DNA of 64,000 nt from an uncultured Campylobacterales bacterium (GTDB taxonomy: Bacteria; Campylobacterota; Campylobacteria; Campylobacterales; QNZT01), in the NCBI GenBank assembly GCA_964560425.1, contig CAZLLE010000103.1, positions 21,025-85,024 of the forward strand, read 5' to 3'. Below the pieces are notes generated by a model. The model was not told the DNA's origin and searched no databases. It saw only the letters and a list, made by a program, of their open reading frames with translations. The translations under genes and the position numbers were made by a program. Each line of letters begins with the position of its first letter. The stretch's first letter is position 1. Below, one piece after another: positions 58,482 through 64,000 of the stretch.

Positions 58482-58811
58482 ATGGAAGAAGAGAATCAAA
58501 AAGAGTTAGATAACATGATGGATGAAAATGGTCATATTGTTATTAATTATGAAAAGTTGGTGGACATATCTGTCACTCTTGTTACAGACTTAGGTTCTAC
58601 TACACTCAAAACAAAAGAGTACCTAAAATTAAAAAAAGGCTCAGTCATAGATCTACAAAAACCAGCAGGTGAAAGCGTAGAGATATATGTAAACAATAAA
58701 ATCATCGGAAAAGGTGAGGTTATGGTATATGAAGATAACCTTGCAGTGAGGATAAATGAGATATTAGATTCTAGTGCAATCATTCAATATTTGAGAAAAG
58801 AGAAGATATGA
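58482..58811 (+). CDS. fliN: Flagellar motor switch protein FliN
   Basis: LGSTTL...KGSVIDLQKPAGESVEIYVNNKIIGKGEVMVYEDNLAVRINEI (SpoA domain). Confidence 0.92.
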   Translation: MEEENQKELDNMMDENGHIVINYEKLVDISVTLVTDLGSTTLKTKEYLKLKKGSVIDLQKPAGESVEIYVNNKIIGKGEVMVYEDNLAVRINEILDSSAIIQYLRKEKI

Positions 58812-59941
58812 GATATCTAACTCTTTTAATAATATTAAATACATTTTTATGGAGTGCAAACCTTACAAAACATAGAATTTCAGAATCTGAAGATAGAGTA
58901 GATATCATGCTCTATTTTGATACCCCCTATGACAGACAGATTATCAAAAAGCGAGAATCTAACTCAATACTTATAATACTCCCCCAAGTAAAATCAAAAT
59001 ACAAAATATCCAACCATATTAATTCATCAATTATTCAAAGTTTCAAAGCAATCTCTTATAAAAACCAAACTATGTTAGAACTACATGGTGCAGATAAATT
59101 TAGCGTTAATGCAATGAGTACAATAGACAACTATGGATTAAGATTGAGAGTAGAACCTCTTTTAGAGACAAGTACAAAGTTATATCCAAATAAAAACAAA
59201 ACACAAAATAGAGTAACTGAATTTAGAACAAAAGACGATACAGATATGGTAAGTGAATCTATTAAAGTTCTTTTAGCTCTTTTTTGGGTTTTTGCAGCAC
59301 TTTTTTTACTCAAAACTTGGGTTGCAAAAAAAAGAGGTAAAGATATAGATATATCAAAATGGTTTCCAAAAAAAACTAAAGAAAAAGTTAAAACTAAAGA
59401 GATTCAAGAAGTTAAAAAAGAGCTAAAAGAGAAAAAAGAGGAACCCAAAAAAGAGGAGAAAAAAACAGATGAAGTCATCATAGTAGAAGCTAAAAAAGAG
59501 GAGAAAAAAATTACTGAAGTTGTTGCAAAACCAAAACAAGAGGAGAAAAAAGCCACTGAAGTTGTTGCAAAACCAAAACAAGAGGAGAAAAAAGCCACTG
59601 AAATTGTTGCAAAACCAAAACAAGAAGAGAAAAAATCGCCACCTCCCGAAGATCCCTTTCAAATAGTATTTCAAAAACATATTGATAAACAAAATACAGT
59701 TTCACTATTAGAATACAATGGAAATAACTATCTAATCCTTACAGGAAATACAAATATGCTACTAGAGATGAATGCAAAAACACAAGCAGGATTACAAGGA
59801 CATGATCAAGAAATTCAAAATATACTAAAACAAAACGATAAAAATTTTAATGATTTTATACAATTACAAAATACAAAGTTTAATGAATATAAAAGGAAAG
59901 CAAGTCAAGATGCCCCTATTAAAATAGGAGCATCTTCATAA
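58808..59941 (+). CDS. fliO: Campylobacterota-type FliO (periplasmic AMIN-like domain, TM helix, charged linker, FliO core)
   Basis: Signal peptide, DRVDIMLYFDTPY, one TM helix, IVFQKHIDKQNTVSLLEYNGNNYLILTG; 4-nt overlap with fliN. Confidence 0.7.
   Translation: MRYLTLLIILNTFLWSANLTKHRISESEDRVDIMLYFDTPYDRQIIKKRESNSILIILPQVKSKYKISNHINSSIIQSFKAISYKNQTMLELHGADKFSVNAMSTIDNYGLRLRVEPLLETSTKLYPNKNKTQNRVTEFRTKDDTDMVSESIKVLLALFWVFAALFLLKTWVAKKRGKDIDISKWFPKKTKEKVKTKEIQEVKKELKEKKEEPKKEEKKTDEVIIVEAKKEEKKITEVVAKPKQEEKKATEVVAKPKQEEKKATEIVAKPKQEEKKSPPPEDPFQIVFQKHIDKQNTVSLLEYNGNNYLILTGNTNMLLEMNAKTQAGLQGHDQEIQNILKQNDKNFNDFIQLQNTKFNEYKRKASQDAPIKIGASS
59498..59635 (+). repeat. 42-bp in-frame tandem repeat, about 3.3 copies (EEKKATEVVAKPKQ)
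   Basis: Units begin at 59498, 59540 and 59582, with a partial unit at 59624; near-identical at the DNA level. Confidence 0.92.
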
Positions 59942-59946
59942 AATTA

Positions 59947-60318
59947 TTATTGTTGAGAGATTAAAAAACCCTGCTGAACTTTAGGTTTACTATCTAAAAA
60001 TGGAAATATCTTCTCTACAAATGTTTTATGAGTAAACTTCTTTTGCTCTTTTTGTAGTTTAGCTTCTAATTTTTTTGCTCTATCTTTTTTGCCAAACCAA
60101 TAAGAAGCTTGATCTGGGTCATAAGCTACACCAAGACCATTATTCAATAACACACCCAAGTTTTGCTGTGCAATAAAATCATCACACATAGCCGCTTTAG
60201 TAAAACTATTTGCTGCTGCCTCATAGTTTTCTACCTTCACTTGTTCTAAGCCATTTTCCAACTCTCCTGCTACTAAAGAGAAAGAAAATGCTACAACCAA
60301 TATAATAAAATATTTCAT
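59947..60318 (-). CDS. Secreted Sel1-repeat protein
   Basis: Signal peptide; AQQNLGVLLNNGLGVAYDPDQASYWF. Confidence 0.82.
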   Translation of the reverse strand: MKYFIILVVAFSFSLVAGELENGLEQVKVENYEAAANSFTKAAMCDDFIAQQNLGVLLNNGLGVAYDPDQASYWFGKKDRAKKLEAKLQKEQKKFTHKTFVEKIFPFLDSKPKVQQGFLISQQ

Positions 60319-60327
60319 ATTAACACC

Positions 60328-60341
60328 TTGTAAATTTACAA
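60328..60341. promoter_or_regulatory. Perfect 14-bp palindrome (possible operator) upstream of the Sel1 gene
   Basis: TTGTAAATTTACAA lies between a minus-strand TATACT (60344-60349) and the SD. Confidence 0.4.
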
Positions 60342-60424
60342 TTAGTATATCGGCAATTCCTTTAATAAAATTTAGGAATAATTAACTAAATTTTTCAATG
60401 TTTTTTTTAAAAATATTCAATTTT

Positions 60425-63400
60425 TTAAATTGCAAAATAGAGTGCTTCTTTGTGATGAACTACCAAAGCACTAGTAGTTTGCTCTGGATGCATCTGAAAA
60501 GTTTCACCCAAAACCACTCCAAACTCTTCGGGTTTTAATAGATCAAAAATCACTCTATTATCACTAAGTTCAGGACAAGCAGCATATCCAAAGGAGTATC
60601 TAGCTCCTTGATATCTAGCCATCTTAACATCTCTTAAACTATGCCCCTCATTTTGAGCAATATTAAGCTCTAATCTAATCTGTTTGTGAATCACCTCAGC
60701 CAAAGCCTCTGCCAAATCAACACTCATGCCATGAAGATAGTGATAATCTGTAAATTTCCCCTCATCATAAAGCTCTTTTTCTACAATACTAAATTTATCC
60801 CCTGCACTAGCAAGTGTAAAAGCTATCACATCATGACGGTCACTTCTAAAATAATCAGCCAAACAACGGTGAGGTTTTCTAGTCTGTCTTGGAAATTTTA
60901 TTCTGTATTTTGCTCTTTCTCTCACCACTTCTAATGGCTCATGATTAATCTCTTGATCATTAAACCAACCTTCACTCTCATCAAATATAAGAAGGTAATC
61001 GCCATCACTTCTACATGGATAGTATCCATAAAGTTTTACAGGCTGATAGATATCTTTTTTCAAAATTTCACTTTTTAGTTTTTCATAAAGAGGCCAAAGC
61101 TTATCATCTATCTGTTTTTGCTTCTCCTCTTTACTCATACCTTTTCCTGCATATCCCCATCTTTGAGAAAATAGTAATTTATGATTAATCCAATCAAAAG
61201 TAATCTCTTTGACCTTAGCATCAAGCACTCTTCTACCCCAAAATGGCGGATTTGGTATAGTGATATCACGAGAAGGCATTTTGATATCTTCAAAATTTGG
61301 CATAATTACCTCTTTTTTCTCTTTGATAACTATCTCTTTGTCATTGACCTTATCGGATCCAAGAGAGGTATCTAGCTCTCCACCCTCCTCTATTCTACTC
61401 ATAGCTACAATACCATCAAAAGCATCTCTACAATAGAATATTGATCCATCATATTTAGGACGACAAAACTCATCAACAAACTTTCTAGTCAACGCAGCAC
61501 CACCCAAAAGCACAGGAGCATTAATACCAGCTTTTTTTAACTCTTGCATATTTTCCATCATAACAGCAGTTGATTTTACCAACAATCCGCTCATGCCAAT
61601 AGCATCAGCTTGATATTTATTAAATGCTTCAATAAATTGTGAAATATCAGCTTTGATACCTATATTTATTACCTTAAAACCATTGTTTGAGAGGATAATA
61701 TCTACAAGATTTTTACCAACATCATGAACATCACCTTTAACTGTTCCAATAATAAGCGTAGTTTGACTCTCCTTCTCCTTTTTTGGTAGATATGGATTTA
61801 GAAAATCTACAGAAGTTTTCATAGTTTCAGCAGATTGAAGCACAAAAGGGAGTTGCATCTTTCCACTTCCAAAAAGCTCTCCTACCTCTTTCATAGCATT
61901 TATCAAGATTTCATTTACTATTTTTTCAGGCTCAATCTCATCTTTTGCACTAAACAAAAGCTCCAACATTCTCTCTTTATCTCCATCAAGAAGAAGTTGG
62001 TGAAGTTTTTCTTGAGTATTAAGGGCATTAAATGCTTCATCTTCTGCATCTTTATCAATCTCTTTTGCATCTGCAAAATAGTCTATAAATTTAAATAGAG
62101 GATCACCATCTTCTCTATTATTAAATAGTAAATCTTCACAAACTTTAATATCCTCTTGACTCATTTTGTGCATAGGAATTGTATTTTTGACATTTACAAT
62201 AGCCATACTCAATCCAGCTTTGACACAGTGATACAAAAATACAGAGTTTAGATATTCACGAGATAACTTATCCAAACCAAAAGAGATATTAGATACACCA
62301 AGAACAAATCCAACTTCAGGGTGCATTGAGTGAAACTCTTTGATAGCCTCTATTACTTCAATAGCAGCAGTAAAATACTCCTCATCACCACTACCAACAG
62401 TAAAAGTAAGAAGATCAAATACCAAATCTCTAGGGTCTAATTCATGACGATCCACACAAAGATCATAAATCCTTTGTGCAATTCTTACTTTATCATCTTT
62501 GGTTTTTGCCATTCCTACTTCATCAATAGTAAGACATACTAATGCCGTTCCATATCGTTTGGCTAATCTACAAACCTCATCAAACTTCTCTTCACCATCT
62601 TCAAGATTTACAGAGTTGATAATAGGTCGCCCACCAATCTGTTTGAGTCCCGTCTCTACAATTTTGGTAACAGTAGAATCAACCATCAAAGGTAAAGTAA
62701 TCTTTTGAGCATACAAAGATGAGATAATTTGCATATCTTTTGTCTCATCTCTCCCTGCAAACCCTACAGAAATATCAATACCATGAGCTCCACTTCTCAC
62801 TTGTTGTTGACCAACAGAGAGAGTCCCCTCATAATCCTCAGCCAATAAAAGCTCTCTAAATGCCTTTGAACCTGTAGCATTACTCCGCTCTCCAATCAGA
62901 AATGGAGCAGGATCTTGTAGAAGTTCTTTTGTCTCAAAAAGTGAAGCTAGAGCTTTAGGATGTGAACCTTTTGGAGGTTTTGGAATATCTGATTCTATAA
63001 GCTTTGATAGTTCCAAAATATGTTGAGGAGTAGTACCACAACACCCACCCAAAAGAGCAACACCATCAAATTCTAAAAAACTCTTTTGAAAATTACTAAA
63101 CTCATTAGGACCCATAGGATAAAAAGTATGCCCTCCTCTATTTTGAGGAAGTCCCGCATTTGCATGAACACTAATTGGCTTATTCCAAACCTCACTCAAA
63201 CTCTTGACATGTTTTTTGACCTGCTCAGGACCTGTACCACAATTAAACCCCAATGACAAAATATCAAACGGCTCCATAATCGTCGCAATAGTCCTAGCAT
63301 CAGTACCAATAAGCATACTTCCACTAAGCTCAATAGTAACAGATACCATAATAGGGATATCTCTATTTTTCTCTCTTGCCATATCTTCACAAGCATGAAG

Positions 63401-63904
63401 AGCAGCTTTGATCTGCAACGGATCTTGACAAGTCTCCAACAAAAACAGATCAGCCCCACCATCAATCAAGCCACTAGCTGCAATTTTATAACCATCATAC
63501 ATCTCATCATAACCAATATGCCCAAGACTAGGAAGTTTAGTCCCCGGTCCCAAATCACCAGCCACAAAACGAGGCTTATTATCACTACTAAACTCTTCAC
63601 AAGCCTCTTTGACGACCTTTGCACCAGCATAAGCCAACTCATAAGTACGATCTCCAATATCATAATCATCCAAAACCCAAGGAATCGCCCCAAAAGTATT
63701 GGTTTTGATAATATCCGCACCAGCTTTGAGATAAGCTTTATGAATCTTACTTATCCCCTCACTAAATGTTACATTCAAAAGCTCATTACACCCCTCGTTA
63801 CCTTCCCAAGCACTTTGAGGAATATCCAAGTTTTGAATCTGCGTACCCATTGCCCCATCAAGAACAAGAACCCTACTTTTAATTAAATCTTTTATATTTT
63901 TCAA
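60425..63904 (-). CDS. metH: Cobalamin-dependent methionine synthase
   Basis: LDGAMGT, LGFNCGTG, GGCCGTTP, IGERSN, GDVHDVGKN (DxHxxG), RYSFGYAACP. Confidence 0.97.
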   Translation of the reverse strand: MKNIKDLIKSRVLVLDGAMGTQIQNLDIPQSAWEGNEGCNELLNVTFSEGISKIHKAYLKAGADIIKTNTFGAIPWVLDDYDIGDRTYELAYAGAKVVKEACEEFSSDNKPRFVAGDLGPGTKLPSLGHIGYDEMYDGYKIAASGLIDGGADLFLLETCQDPLQIKAALHACEDMAREKNRDIPIMVSVTIELSGSMLIGTDARTIATIMEPFDILSLGFNCGTGPEQVKKHVKSLSEVWNKPISVHANAGLPQNRGGHTFYPMGPNEFSNFQKSFLEFDGVALLGGCCGTTPQHILELSKLIESDIPKPPKGSHPKALASLFETKELLQDPAPFLIGERSNATGSKAFRELLLAEDYEGTLSVGQQQVRSGAHGIDISVGFAGRDETKDMQIISSLYAQKITLPLMVDSTVTKIVETGLKQIGGRPIINSVNLEDGEEKFDEVCRLAKRYGTALVCLTIDEVGMAKTKDDKVRIAQRIYDLCVDRHELDPRDLVFDLLTFTVGSGDEEYFTAAIEVIEAIKEFHSMHPEVGFVLGVSNISFGLDKLSREYLNSVFLYHCVKAGLSMAIVNVKNTIPMHKMSQEDIKVCEDLLFNNREDGDPLFKFIDYFADAKEIDKDAEDEAFNALNTQEKLHQLLLDGDKERMLELLFSAKDEIEPEKIVNEILINAMKEVGELFGSGKMQLPFVLQSAETMKTSVDFLNPYLPKKEKESQTTLIIGTVKGDVHDVGKNLVDIILSNNGFKVINIGIKADISQFIEAFNKYQADAIGMSGLLVKSTAVMMENMQELKKAGINAPVLLGGAALTRKFVDEFCRPKYDGSIFYCRDAFDGIVAMSRIEEGGELDTSLGSDKVNDKEIVIKEKKEVIMPNFEDIKMPSRDITIPNPPFWGRRVLDAKVKEITFDWINHKLLFSQRWGYAGKGMSKEEKQKQIDDKLWPLYEKLKSEILKKDIYQPVKLYGYYPCRSDGDYLLIFDESEGWFNDQEINHEPLEVVRERAKYRIKFPRQTRKPHRCLADYFRSDRHDVIAFTLASAGDKFSIVEKELYDEGKFTDYHYLHGMSVDLAEALAEVIHKQIRLELNIAQNEGHSLRDVKMARYQGARYSFGYAACPELSDNRVIFDLLKPEEFGVVLGETFQMHPEQTTSALVVHHKEALYFAI

Positions 63905-64000
63905 CTATACTTCTCTCTAATAATATTATTTTTATTAAATATTTTAACACATTTTGTATAGGAAAACACATGATCAAATATATTAAAATCACCACAACTC

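Noticed and set aside
63970-64000. Start of a plus-strand ORF (MIKYIKITTT) at the window edge
   Set aside because: Only 10 codons are visible; cannot be identified.
1-64000. tRNA, rRNA, tmRNA, selenocysteine read-through or IS elements
   Set aside because: No GC-rich structured intergenic blocks, no in-frame TGA within conserved domains, and no transposase motifs were seen.

Overview
AT-rich bacterial DNA from a flagellated, probably marine or sulfidic-habitat Campylobacterota (epsilonproteobacterial) chromosome. The lineage is inferred from the rpmH-rnpA-yidD-yidC-jag-mnmE order, the AMIN-type FliO beside fliN, and TGnTA(T/A)AAT promoters. About 60 protein genes fill the window; I saw no rRNA, tRNA, CRISPR array or integrase. 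Housekeeping genes include murF, mnmE, yidC, ung, glnS, guaA, nadB, uvrA, uvrC, metH, ppk2 and four cbi genes. The strongest lead is a complete, tightly coupled 13-gene Mrp + NuoH/B/C/D/I cluster (12962-21846). Its catalytic subunits carry the signatures of MBX/MBS (membrane-bound sulfane-sulfur reductase, characterised in Pyrococcus), not those of a NiFe hydrogenase or quinone-reducing complex I. Other leads: a eukaryote-type phosphagen (arginine) kinase directly behind a 4xCBS histidine kinase and its regulator; a plasmid-like ParA/RHH/HUH cassette at the mnmE 3' end; ovoA coupled (ATGA) to a MalY-type C-S lyase; a disordered protein with 12 copies of an F/L-x-L-N-F-L motif and a His-less HPt domain; and three conserved genes (mnmE, rnpA, an SDR) lacking any ATG/GTG/TTG at their N-terminus. 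All calls come from motif reading by eye; no database search was run.
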